Below are positions 49,521 through 58,923 of a stretch of DNA of 64,000 bases, piece after piece. Source of the stretch: an uncultured Gammaproteobacteria bacterium. Lineage in GTDB: Bacteria > Patescibacteriota > Microgenomatia > UBA10105 > UBA927. The position numbers and the translations under genes were made by a program. The notes below the pieces were generated by a model. The model was not told the origin of the DNA. It searched no databases and saw only the letters and a program-made list of their open reading frames with translations. How positions within the stretch are numbered: position 1 is the first letter of the stretch; each line of letters starts with the position of its first letter. The stretch covers positions 7,024 to 71,023 of the forward strand of contig CAYSEV010000002.1 in NCBI GenBank assembly GCA_964430295.1, given 5' to 3'.

Positions 49521-50504
49521 ATGGATACAGATATATTTTGGAAACATAAAAAAGTACTGGTGACTGGAGGAACCGGTTTTATCGGTAGTCATCTGGTGGA
49601 AAAACTACTGGATGCAGGAGCTCAAGTTCGCGTGCTTGACAGGATGTCATCCGGAAAAATTCGTCACATTGGATATTTAGAAAATTCAGTAGAGTTTATA
49701 AAGGGGGATTGTTCGAACTCCGATGATGCAGTGCGAGCATGTAAAGGTATTGATGTTGTTATGAATCTTGCCGCTAAAGTAGGCGGTATTGAATATAACA
49801 TGTCTCACCAGGCAGATATGTTGGCGGAAAATATGGCAATCTCATCAACCATGATCGCATCTGCGCAGAAAGCGGGAGTGGATCGATATTTAGTAGTATC
49901 GTCCGCTTGTGTGTACCCGCATGACGCAAAGATTCCAACACCTGAATCCGAAGGAATGCGCAGTGAGCCTGAACCTACAAATAGCGGGTACGGCTGGGCA
50001 AAAAGATTTAGTGAAATCGAGGGTCAGCTGTATTCAAAGCAATATGGCATGAAGGTTGCGATAGCCAGACCTTATAACGCCTATGGGCCGAGAGATGATT
50101 TTAATCCTGCCACATCACATGTGATTCCTGCATTAATACGAAGGGTTATGAGTAACGAAGACCCGGTCATAGTGTGGGGAAGCGGAAAACAATCACGGGC
50201 ATTTCTTTATGTGGAAGACTTTGCAAAAGGTCTTATGCTGATGATAGAAAAATATACAAATGCGGACCCGGTAAATATTGGATCAGATGAAGAGGTGACA
50301 ATAAAAGATTTGATTGAGATGATAGTAAGCTTATCCGGTAAGAAAAAAACAATTATGTATGACACATCGAAACCTGATGGAAGTCCCAGAAGAAATAGTG
50401 ATAATACAAAAGCACAGGTATGTACAGGATTTTCAGCTTCGACACCTCTGAGGGTGGGGTTACAAAAAACCATTGAATGGTATAACGCTTCGTTTCATAT
50501 ATAA
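49521..50504 (+). CDS. Extended-SDR NDP-sugar epimerase/reductase (GDP-fucose synthase Fcl/ColC or GME-like)
   Basis: Motifs TGGTGFIG, LAAKVGGI, SSACVYP, EPTN.GY..AK, YGP.D.F...SHVIPALI and WGSG...R.FLYV.D. Confidence 0.8.
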   Translation: MDTDIFWKHKKVLVTGGTGFIGSHLVEKLLDAGAQVRVLDRMSSGKIRHIGYLENSVEFIKGDCSNSDDAVRACKGIDVVMNLAAKVGGIEYNMSHQADMLAENMAISSTMIASAQKAGVDRYLVVSSACVYPHDAKIPTPESEGMRSEPEPTNSGYGWAKRFSEIEGQLYSKQYGMKVAIARPYNAYGPRDDFNPATSHVIPALIRRVMSNEDPVIVWGSGKQSRAFLYVEDFAKGLMLMIEKYTNADPVNIGSDEEVTIKDLIEMIVSLSGKKKTIMYDTSKPDGSPRRNSDNTKAQVCTGFSASTPLRVGLQKTIEWYNASFHI

Positions 50505-50513
50505 ATATATACT

Positions 50514-51593
50514 GTGGTAAAAAAAATAACGCATCACTCTGTAGATTTTTCTGTAGTAATTCCCACATATAATCGAAGTGAGTTTTTGAAATCAGCAATC
50601 TTATCTGTATTGCGGCAACGGGGAGTAAAGTTGGAAATTGTCATATGTGATGACGCCTCTACTGACGAAACCGGAACAATAGTTCGATCATTTAAAGATG
50701 GAAGAATTAAGTATTATAGAAATTCTACGCGCCGCGGGACGTCGATGAATTTTCTAAACTGTTTTAAATATGCAAGAGGAAACTATATTTTTAATTTGGG
50801 AGACGATGATCTGATATTGGATGATACTACACTTCTGCGAGTGCTGAGGACAATGAAACAAACCGGATCGGGTATGGGTAAAATTGGGACGATTACATAT
50901 GAACGTTCTGTTTTTTATCCGTATCAGGTATCCGCTTTAAGCGAAAAACCGTTTCAAGTATCTCCTAAATCCAAACAAAATATTTTGATAGATACTATTC
51001 CTTTCGGATTGGGCTTTTATTCAGGGCTAATATTCAACAACAAATTGGTAAACAAATCATATCTTATTATGGATCATGTTTGTTTCCCTGATCATATGTG
51101 TCATTCTTACCATAAGATTGCATATGATCTCATTCTTAAAAGGGGGATTATTTATATTCCAAATGAATTTATACTTTCTCATTTGAGTGTGGATTTAATC
51201 CCGCGATATTTTAATATAGAAAAGCATGGACGTATATATTGGGAAGATCCTATAAATGAAGCAAAATCATTTTTGTCAGATAAAGATTTTGCCTCATATG
51301 CTCGTGCATATACCAGATCTCAACTTGTGATGCTTCCAAATATAAAATATTTTACATCGTATGCTGTTTATGTTCGCACACTTAAAAAAATAATTCAGAA
51401 TGATCTGACTCTTATATACTATCCGTATTTTATTATTTGGGCGATCGCAGGCCTTTTGCCAAAAACGATGATAGGATTTATGAGAAAAATAAAAAACCGG
51501 ATGTCGATGTATTCAACCAAGAGGCAATTAGAGAATATTCACTATGGTGAGAAAATCAGAAAACTACTCACTGCTATTTCTAAAGATAGCTGA
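50514..51593 (+). CDS. GT2 glycosyltransferase
   Basis: GTG start; motifs VIPTYNR, DDASTD.T and GNYI..LGDDD. Confidence 0.8.
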   Translation: MVKKITHHSVDFSVVIPTYNRSEFLKSAILSVLRQRGVKLEIVICDDASTDETGTIVRSFKDGRIKYYRNSTRRGTSMNFLNCFKYARGNYIFNLGDDDLILDDTTLLRVLRTMKQTGSGMGKIGTITYERSVFYPYQVSALSEKPFQVSPKSKQNILIDTIPFGLGFYSGLIFNNKLVNKSYLIMDHVCFPDHMCHSYHKIAYDLILKRGIIYIPNEFILSHLSVDLIPRYFNIEKHGRIYWEDPINEAKSFLSDKDFASYARAYTRSQLVMLPNIKYFTSYAVYVRTLKKIIQNDLTLIYYPYFIIWAIAGLLPKTMIGFMRKIKNRMSMYSTKRQLENIHYGEKIRKLLTAISKDS

Positions 51594-51594
51594 A

Positions 51595-52320
51595 TTAATG
51601 TTTCAGCATTTTATCTATTCCTGAAAAGTCAATCAGATTTAGTATCTGTTCTCTATTCTTAACAAAATAATTCCAATCTAAGCTATTGTAATGAACTTTT
51701 TTTAGTATTTTCTTCTGTTTTCTTTTTTGAAGTACCGAGCAACAAAATCCTTTTACTGTAAAAACTCTTATATCCTGCCTATTCATTCGTATATTTGCCA
51801 CAGATTTCCAGACGTCACCGTTGTATGCTTTTCCTACCAGTGATGTTGTATGTGAAGCGTTATGAGGGTAGGAAATACTTTTAAGATATGATAGTGTCTG
51901 CTCGATATCAATCTCACAGGCTTCCTTGGTTGGTGGATCTGTGTCATGAAGGACTATATATCCACCTTTCTTTAATATCTTGAAAGCCTCATCAATTTCG
52001 TTATCAACGATTAGTGATAGATGTGCCGCATCTATGAATATGACATCATAAGATTTATGAAAAAAAAGTTTATTTAGGGCAAAAAACATTTGAGATGTCA
52101 TCCTGTATGTAACATCATATGTTCCATATGGATCAACACCATCTTTCATGGGACTGTTGATTTTTTTATATGTTCTTCCCTGATCAACCCCGATTTCCAA
52201 GTAAGAGGTTGGTTTATGGAAGGTAGAAAGAAGATGATTACAAAGTATTGCCTGTTCTGTTACATATTGATCTGTCAAAAAATAGTATTTTTCTTTTATT
52301 AATTTAAAAATATTGTTCAT
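51595..52320 (-). CDS. Class I SAM-dependent methyltransferase (Methyltransf_24-like)
   Basis: Motifs YLEIGV..G, GVDP, DVIFIDA.H, L..GG.IVLHD and GDVWK. Confidence 0.8.
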   Translation of the reverse strand: MNNIFKLIKEKYYFLTDQYVTEQAILCNHLLSTFHKPTSYLEIGVDQGRTYKKINSPMKDGVDPYGTYDVTYRMTSQMFFALNKLFFHKSYDVIFIDAAHLSLIVDNEIDEAFKILKKGGYIVLHDTDPPTKEACEIDIEQTLSYLKSISYPHNASHTTSLVGKAYNGDVWKSVANIRMNRQDIRVFTVKGFCCSVLQKRKQKKILKKVHYNSLDWNYFVKNREQILNLIDFSGIDKMLKH

Positions 52321-52380
52321 AATTTATACAGGATAGTTGATATGTTATGTCATTTCAATATCTTTCGTGTTGGTCGCATC

Positions 52381-52409
52381 TTGTGAACAGCATAAAAGAT
52401 GAGTATTAT
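52381..52409 (+). promoter_or_regulatory. Putative sigma70 promoter
   Basis: TTGTGA-N17-TATTAT, 14 nt before ATG 52424. Confidence 0.45.
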
Positions 52410-52423
52410 TAACCGGCTATTAT

Positions 52424-53551
52424 ATGAAACAAAGAATAATATATTTATTTATCGGAACGACCGCTGAACTTATTAAACTTGTTCCTGTTATCCGCGAATT
52501 CAAAAAACGTAAGATAACATTTACTATTATAGCCACCGGCCAAAATGATATAAGGTTCGAAGAATATGCCCGGATAATCAAGGGAGTAAGGATTTTGAAA
52601 GCCGTTACTCCAAAAAGTAAGGATTCATCTGTGTGGTCGTTCTTTATATGGGCTGTTCGCACATTTTTTTCTCTTCTTCTGGGAATGAGGTCTAACTTCA
52701 AAGGCCTAAATAAATCTAATTCCTACTTTATCATTCACGGTGATACAGTGTCCTCACTGATGGGATCACTTGTGGCATCATTGTATGGATTAAAACTTGT
52801 ACATATAGAATCAGGATTACGCTCATTTCATTTTTTTGAACCGTTTCCTGAAGAGATATCTCGGTATATTGTCTCACGACTGGCAGATATACATTTTTGC
52901 CCAAATGAATGGAGTGTCAAAAATCTTTCCTCGTATAAGGGAGATAAAGTAAATACCCACCAAAATACGCTGATTGAGGCTTTTTACAATGCAATGGAAC
53001 AAAAAATTAAAAATAATCAGATACATAAACTCATTCGAAAAAAACGAAAATATTTTGTCATGGTTATACACCGTCAGGAACATGTTTCTTTCGGATCGAA
53101 ATCAATGTATCCGATCCTCAGTCACATTTTTGCGCAAATTCCGGAAAATTTAGATTGTATTTTTTTGCTGCATGATCAGTCCAGAAATTTTATTAATATG
53201 TTTCAAATGATAATTCCTAAAGAAAAGATTAAGCGAATTATACGGATTGGAAGGCTTCCGTATACAGATTTTATGCATCTGTTACACAAATCGGAGTTTA
53301 TGATTACTGATGGGGGAAGTAATCAAGAGGAAATGTATTACATGGGCAAACCGTGTCTGCTGATCCGGAAATATACAGAGAGAATCGAAGGTCTAAAAGA
53401 AAACGTTATTTTAAGCAAGAACTCCAAAGAAATTACTTCGTCATTTATATCAAATTATAAATTTTTTGTGCGAAAACCTATTAGGATTAAAAAAGCTCCA
53501 TCAAAAATTATAGTGGATTACCTATTATCATATGACGAAATATCAGGGTAA
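52424..53551 (+). CDS. UDP-N-acetylglucosamine 2-epimerase family protein (divergent WecB/WbpI-like)
   Basis: Motifs GT.AE.IK..PV, TGQ, HGDT, HIESGLRS, PFPEE, HRQE, TDGGS.QEE and TER.EG. Confidence 0.8.
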   Translation: MKQRIIYLFIGTTAELIKLVPVIREFKKRKITFTIIATGQNDIRFEEYARIIKGVRILKAVTPKSKDSSVWSFFIWAVRTFFSLLLGMRSNFKGLNKSNSYFIIHGDTVSSLMGSLVASLYGLKLVHIESGLRSFHFFEPFPEEISRYIVSRLADIHFCPNEWSVKNLSSYKGDKVNTHQNTLIEAFYNAMEQKIKNNQIHKLIRKKRKYFVMVIHRQEHVSFGSKSMYPILSHIFAQIPENLDCIFLLHDQSRNFINMFQMIIPKEKIKRIIRIGRLPYTDFMHLLHKSEFMITDGGSNQEEMYYMGKPCLLIRKYTERIEGLKENVILSKNSKEITSSFISNYKFFVRKPIRIKKAPSKIIVDYLLSYDEISG

Positions 53552-54263
53552 ATATTCTCTTTTAGACTGGGACAGTAAACTGTTCGGATATTCTGTAGCT
53601 AAAATACCGGAGACCATATCTGGCGCAGATGTATATGAAGTCATAGAATATCTAAGGAAAAAGCGGGTAAAACTAATCTATATCATAGGAAATCCATCAG
53701 ATAAAGGGCGTAATGCTGTAATTGCAAAGCTTGGAGGAAAACTGGTTGATATAAAACGGGTTTATTCCAGAAATATAGATATGTTTGAAGGTGAGAAATC
53801 GGATTTTCCTCAGATTTCTCCATATACGGATACGAAGGTGAATATCACGTTGCGCAAACTAGCATATCAAAGTGGAATCCACTCGAGATTTTTTATAGAC
53901 ACCAAATTTACGCATAACGAATACCGTAAATTGTACACAAAATGGATCGAAAAAGCAGTGCTCGGAATTAATGCATTTGAGGTGCTTGTATACAGAGATG
54001 AAGAGGGTGTAATAGGCGGATTTATAACTTTGGAGAAGGAAGGGACATCAGGAAAAGTCGGATTATTGGCTGTAGATCATACACTACGTCGTAAAAAAAT
54101 TGGATCAAAACTCCTTATGCGTTCATTTGATTCCTTTAGATCACACGGACTTAAACGTATGAGTATTACGACCCAAAAATCGAACGACCCTGCATGCCGA
54201 CTCTATGAAAAACACGGTTTTCATATCGTGTCTGAACAATATATATATCATCTCTGGCTATAA
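53532..54263 (+). CDS. wecD: GNAT acetyltransferase, WecD (dTDP-fucosamine acetyltransferase)-like
   Basis: Motifs LDWDS..FG, SRF..D..F, LY..WI, GLLAV....R..IG and TQ..N..A..LYEK.GF. Confidence 0.7.
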   Translation: MTKYQGKYSLLDWDSKLFGYSVAKIPETISGADVYEVIEYLRKKRVKLIYIIGNPSDKGRNAVIAKLGGKLVDIKRVYSRNIDMFEGEKSDFPQISPYTDTKVNITLRKLAYQSGIHSRFFIDTKFTHNEYRKLYTKWIEKAVLGINAFEVLVYRDEEGVIGGFITLEKEGTSGKVGLLAVDHTLRRKKIGSKLLMRSFDSFRSHGLKRMSITTQKSNDPACRLYEKHGFHIVSEQYIYHLWL

Positions 54264-54349
54264 TGTACGTAAAATCATCGGATAACATCTGCAATTAGTG
54301 TAAATAATTTCATCTATAATTGAGTCTGTTTATGCGTTATAGAAGCATA

Positions 54350-54355
54350 TATAAT
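54350..54355 (+). promoter_or_regulatory. Putative -10 box of a leaderless transcript
   Basis: TATAAT + 6 nt + ATG 54362. Confidence 0.45.
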
Positions 54356-54361
54356 TATGCA

Positions 54362-55429
54362 ATGATCCCTCAACATATAAGCATCGTAATCGCAACATAT
54401 AATTCAGAGAAAACACTACCATTGGTTCTTGCCTCTATTAGAAATCAAACATATCCCAGAAAACATATAGAAATTGTAATAGTTGATGGAGGGTCTGTTG
54501 ATGCCACACTTCAAATTGCCCGACAATATAAATGCAAAATAATCCATAATCCAAATGTAGAACCGCTATACGCAAAATATCTTGGGTTTATTCATTCGAA
54601 AGGCAAATATATTGAGTATATTGATCATGATGAGGTTATTGTAAATGAAAATAGTATTCGTACCCGTATTCATATCTTTGAAAAATTTTCTGATGTAAAA
54701 GCCCTTACAGGTTGCGGCTATTATAGTCCAAGTGGATACCATATTATTAACAGTTATATAAGTGAATTTGGAGATCCCTTTTCCTTTTTTATGTATTCAT
54801 TAACAAAACATGCAGATTTTTTTATGTCGGTTATGAAATCCAGATATACAACGAGTCTGGATAATGATGAGTTTACGATATTTGATTTGAAGGGAAGTTC
54901 AGAAATGCCGCTTGTTGAGTTGGTAGCGGGTGGCGGGATGGTTGATCGTGCATATATGTTAAAAAATTTCCCGGAATTGAAAACAAAACAGTATCTTTTG
55001 CCGCATCTGTTATATCTGTTACTCCAAAAATCTACGATGTTGGCTATTACAAAACATGACCCGATAATACACTATTCTTCGGATACAATAAAAAGTTATA
55101 TGCATAAGCTTATATGGCGAATAAAAAATAATATATTTTTTAAAAAAACTACTGGAATTTCAGGATTTTCAGGTCGGATTGGCAGTAATACATTGAGAGT
55201 CAAATTACGTAAATTTTTATTTATTCCATACGCACTCAGTATTATTATTCCTTGTATAGATGCTATAAGGCTTATATTTTCCAGGAAAAATATCGGGTAT
55301 ATAATACACGTTCCGTTAACCTTTATAACTGCAGTGCTTATCATTTATTTTTCATTTTTAAAGCTATTTGGAATTCAGATGCAGCTTCAAAATTATGATG
55401 GAACCGTCAGAGCATATGAACATGCGTAA
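54362..55429 (+). CDS. GT2 glycosyltransferase with C-terminal membrane segments
   Basis: Motifs IATYNSE, VDGGS.D.T, IIHNP..EP and IDHDE; paralog of 45524. Confidence 0.8.
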   Translation: MIPQHISIVIATYNSEKTLPLVLASIRNQTYPRKHIEIVIVDGGSVDATLQIARQYKCKIIHNPNVEPLYAKYLGFIHSKGKYIEYIDHDEVIVNENSIRTRIHIFEKFSDVKALTGCGYYSPSGYHIINSYISEFGDPFSFFMYSLTKHADFFMSVMKSRYTTSLDNDEFTIFDLKGSSEMPLVELVAGGGMVDRAYMLKNFPELKTKQYLLPHLLYLLLQKSTMLAITKHDPIIHYSSDTIKSYMHKLIWRIKNNIFFKKTTGISGFSGRIGSNTLRVKLRKFLFIPYALSIIIPCIDAIRLIFSRKNIGYIIHVPLTFITAVLIIYFSFLKLFGIQMQLQNYDGTVRAYEHA

Positions 55430-57671
55430 TTCCAACAAAATTTCATATAGTCAAATTATCGTATATCTTTGTGCTCTCGTGTTGTTCTTAATTCCTTTTT
55501 TTTGGTTTGAACCAGGGTATATAAATCTTGGTGGAGATGGCGGAAGACTTTATTTCTTGGATCCGTTGGCTGTTGCGAAAAGCGCTTTAAACTACACTAA
55601 TTCCGCCTATGGATATTCTTTTTCGTTCATCCCGTATCTTTATTTTTTGTATAGTATGCTTCAGGTTCTGCGGACACCAACAAATCTGATTGCCTTTGAA
55701 CACGGATTAAATTTATCTCTAAGCTTTTTATACATTGTCTTAATTCTCAGAGTATTTCTTTCAAACCATAAATATAAAAATCGTGTAATTATAAATGACT
55801 CTATAGGAATAACTGCGGGTGTTGCATATATTTCACTCATTACAAAAACCGGATGGCCTGTGGCGCTTCCGACACTAAATCAGATATTTTTAAACGTGAT
55901 GATTTTTTACCATATGCTTCAATATATACGCACATCGAAATTCAGACATCTAATTTCTATATGTCTTGTCACACTGGTGTTTTCAATTAATTTCGGATTG
56001 GGAAATGCGCCGCAATTGCTGTCTTTTTATCCGCTATCTCTGATATTTATTTATATCTATACGAGATATATAGAAAACATTCCGTTTCAATGGAAGAATA
56101 TATTTATACTGATACTAACGTTGGTGGGTATTCACAGTTTTCACATATTTCCAATTCTTATGTCTCTGTTTAATTCATCAAGCATAGTTCATTCTCAGGT
56201 CTTTAGCGAATCTGTGATAAAAAATGCGGGATTATTCTATTTTACTGAAAATCATGCGGCATCAGGAAAAATAAGCCGGGAATTATTTCAGTGGTGGCTT
56301 AGCAAAGATATATTGATTTATATCTTGCCTATCACAATCGTCGGCGGATTCTTATCCGGAAAATCAAAATTACTACTGTTACTTGGAAGCATGTTTTTGG
56401 GCACATTATTTCTAGTCTCTGCGAATATTACTGAAATAGGGGTGAAATTATATACATTATTTTTCTATATCCCGGGCTTTTCCATGTTTCGATCATTTAA
56501 TGAAAAGTGGTTTTATGTATTTGCATTTTATTATGTACTGTTATTTGGAATGTCACTGTATTATATGCTCAGAAGAAGACATATATGTTCTGTCATTTCC
56601 GTTTCGTTCATACTAACGTCATTGTTTATTTATCGATTGCTCCCATTTTTCAAAGGTGATGTTGTCCATTCCACGTTGTATATGTCCAATGGCGTATCAA
56701 GCGTTTTTACGGTTGATCCTGATTTAGTGGATAGTTTGTTATATGTTAAAAAACTTCCGAAAGACGGAAAAGTATTGACACTTCCGTTAACATTTCCATA
56801 CTTCCAAATATCGTATGGACAAAAGGGTGGTGCGTATGAAGGGATTTCGATGGTATCGAATATTGCCAACAGACAGGACTTTGCAGGGTTATGGTCATTC
56901 GGACCGTACGAGAAGCCAATGATAGAAGCCATACTATCAAAGGATTTTAATCAGATTAGACAGATACTTTCAATGCTCAATGTTCGATATATTTATAGGA
57001 ACTCTGATGACAGGGTTATGGACCGTTTTCCGAAATACCCATATGTGCCTATAAAAACATTTGAATCTAAAGATGATATACCCGCGATTAAAAATCAACG
57101 TGCATATGACGATTTTTTATCAGGTCTGCATGCAAAATTAATCTATCAAAAGGGGTTTTATAGCATATATGAACTCGATCAGCACATTGTTAGGCCACTT
57201 ATATATATTCCGGATTATATAAAAAGCACGGCAGATTACTCCGATACCAACTCGTTTTCATGGGCTTTTTTAGATACCCGTGATTGCAGAAAAATTTCAT
57301 GCGATGCGACAATATCCGGGATACCGAATATTTCATACACAAAAAAAAGTGAAACATTGTATGAAATTACCCTTGATATATCAAAACAAAAAAAACCGTT
57401 TCTTTTGGTGTTTACGCAGCCATATGTGTCTGATGTGCAGCTTTCACTGGATGAAAAAACGATTCAAAATACTTCAGATCATATTCTGGTGAATAATTAC
57501 GCTAACGGGTGGGTCATATATCCGGAAAAATATTCGTCAAATAAACGGTTGAAGGGTTTCATATACTTGCGTTCAATACGTAATGCATATATAGGAAGTA
57601 TTGTGTCCTTGATTTTTGTTTTTCTTGTACTGGCAGCATTTGTATTTTCGTACAAATATAAAAAATTATGA
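55416..57671 (+). CDS. Large polytopic GT-C-like protein (AftD/DUF3367 N-terminal-like group)
   Basis: Start set to ATG 55416. GGD..R.Y after TM1, PGF.MFR...EKW, LNVRY; C-terminal soluble domain (H..VNNYANGW) plus TM. Confidence 0.65.
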   Translation: MNMRNSNKISYSQIIVYLCALVLFLIPFFWFEPGYINLGGDGGRLYFLDPLAVAKSALNYTNSAYGYSFSFIPYLYFLYSMLQVLRTPTNLIAFEHGLNLSLSFLYIVLILRVFLSNHKYKNRVIINDSIGITAGVAYISLITKTGWPVALPTLNQIFLNVMIFYHMLQYIRTSKFRHLISICLVTLVFSINFGLGNAPQLLSFYPLSLIFIYIYTRYIENIPFQWKNIFILILTLVGIHSFHIFPILMSLFNSSSIVHSQVFSESVIKNAGLFYFTENHAASGKISRELFQWWLSKDILIYILPITIVGGFLSGKSKLLLLLGSMFLGTLFLVSANITEIGVKLYTLFFYIPGFSMFRSFNEKWFYVFAFYYVLLFGMSLYYMLRRRHICSVISVSFILTSLFIYRLLPFFKGDVVHSTLYMSNGVSSVFTVDPDLVDSLLYVKKLPKDGKVLTLPLTFPYFQISYGQKGGAYEGISMVSNIANRQDFAGLWSFGPYEKPMIEAILSKDFNQIRQILSMLNVRYIYRNSDDRVMDRFPKYPYVPIKTFESKDDIPAIKNQRAYDDFLSGLHAKLIYQKGFYSIYELDQHIVRPLIYIPDYIKSTADYSDTNSFSWAFLDTRDCRKISCDATISGIPNISYTKKSETLYEITLDISKQKKPFLLVFTQPYVSDVQLSLDEKTIQNTSDHILVNNYANGWVIYPEKYSSNKRLKGFIYLRSIRNAYIGSIVSLIFVFLVLAAFVFSYKYKKL

Positions 57672-57997
57672 AATATCCCATGCATCGTTTCATGATATCG
57701 CTCTTATCTGTCTCGTTTTTTTTTCTGATATTTTTCCTCGATGTAAAACATTTTTTCTCTTTTTCTGATGTCGCATTTATTGTGGCGATTTGTACCTATG
57801 TATTCTTTATAAATTTAGAGCGATATTCTTCGAAATTCACCTTTATTCTTACTATATATTTTGTTCTAATTATGGGAGTTTCATATCTGCAAAACGGATT
57901 TGATACAATAACAGAACGAATCGGTGAGTGGTTTTACATTTTTTTTGCCATAGGACTGATACAATACTCCCGTGAATTAAAAGATACGGATATATGA
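57668..57997 (+). CDS. Small 3-4 TM membrane protein of unknown function
   Basis: 109 aa, hydrophobic, with ATGA overlaps on both sides; ends ER..EW.Y.F..GLIQ..RE. Confidence 0.7.
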   Translation: MKYPMHRFMISLLSVSFFFLIFFLDVKHFFSFSDVAFIVAICTYVFFINLERYSSKFTFILTIYFVLIMGVSYLQNGFDTITERIGEWFYIFFAIGLIQYSRELKDTDI

Positions 57998-58920
57998 AAT
58001 GCATAATTTGTACTTCTACTGATTGGAAATATTTATTTGATTCAAGAGATCGGATGTTTGATATGGGGGGAAAATTTTCCATGTTTAAATGTCTCTCATG
58101 CGGGTTTGCCCGATTATCTCCAAAACCTACAAACAAGCAACTTAAAAAATATTACCCTTCTTCAAATTATTACTCATATGGTGAAAATGAGAATTTAAGC
58201 TTCTTCGGAAAACTTCGCAGATATTTGGTGCTTCATTATTATCATCCGGATTTAGTATCCCGGATTATAAGTTTATTTCTTCATGTTCCTGCAATGCCTT
58301 CATTTATTGCACATGGAAAGATTATGGACATAGGGTGCGGCAGTGGGGAAACGCTGCTGCTTCTTAAGGAATCAGGATGGGATGTATTTGGTATGGATAT
58401 AGATACAAACGCCATCAAGGTTGCAAAAAAAAGAGGGTTGAAGAATGTTCATATAGGGACATATGAAAGTCTCAATGAATACAAAGATAATTATTTTGAT
58501 GCCATACGTATGTATCACGTAATAGAGCATATAGATGATCCGATTAATTGCATGCGCCTTGCATACAAAAAACTTAAAAAAGGCGGAGAGATTATTATAG
58601 GTACTCCCAATATATCAAGTTTTATAGCATCGCTTATGAAACAATATTGGTATAATCTGGATAGTCCCAGACACTTGTACCTATTTTCTCCATATACGTT
58701 GACAAGAATAGCTCAAGTGAGTGAGTTTAAGGATTGTAGAATCCGTTTTTCTTCCGCCGGGGGAATTATAGGCAGCATCCAATATCTTATACGCGAATAT
58801 ACTTCATCTCATATTGATTTGGTCAATAGGCCACTGTTAATACTTATGCTGTATCCTTTTGAAAAATTATTGGATTTTTTCAAAAAAGGCGATGTGATAA
58901 TCTTATCCGCAAAAAAATAA
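57994..58920 (+). CDS. Class I SAM-dependent methyltransferase with N-terminal CxxC...CxxC zinc-binding motif
   Basis: Motifs CIIC...CLSC, DIGCGSG, HVIEH..DP, L..GG....TPN and PRHL..F. Confidence 0.85.
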   Translation: MKCIICTSTDWKYLFDSRDRMFDMGGKFSMFKCLSCGFARLSPKPTNKQLKKYYPSSNYYSYGENENLSFFGKLRRYLVLHYYHPDLVSRIISLFLHVPAMPSFIAHGKIMDIGCGSGETLLLLKESGWDVFGMDIDTNAIKVAKKRGLKNVHIGTYESLNEYKDNYFDAIRMYHVIEHIDDPINCMRLAYKKLKKGGEIIIGTPNISSFIASLMKQYWYNLDSPRHLYLFSPYTLTRIAQVSEFKDCRIRFSSAGGIIGSIQYLIREYTSSHIDLVNRPLLILMLYPFEKLLDFFKKGDVIILSAKK

Positions 58921-58923
58921 ATA

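Noticed and set aside
6199-55415. Long N-terminal extensions from the ORF track (6199, 21656, 24992, 34676, 37928, 44457, 45503, 54320, 55368)
   Set aside because: Most overlap upstream genes, and all precede the first family motif; downstream ATGs give typical coupling or promoter spacing.
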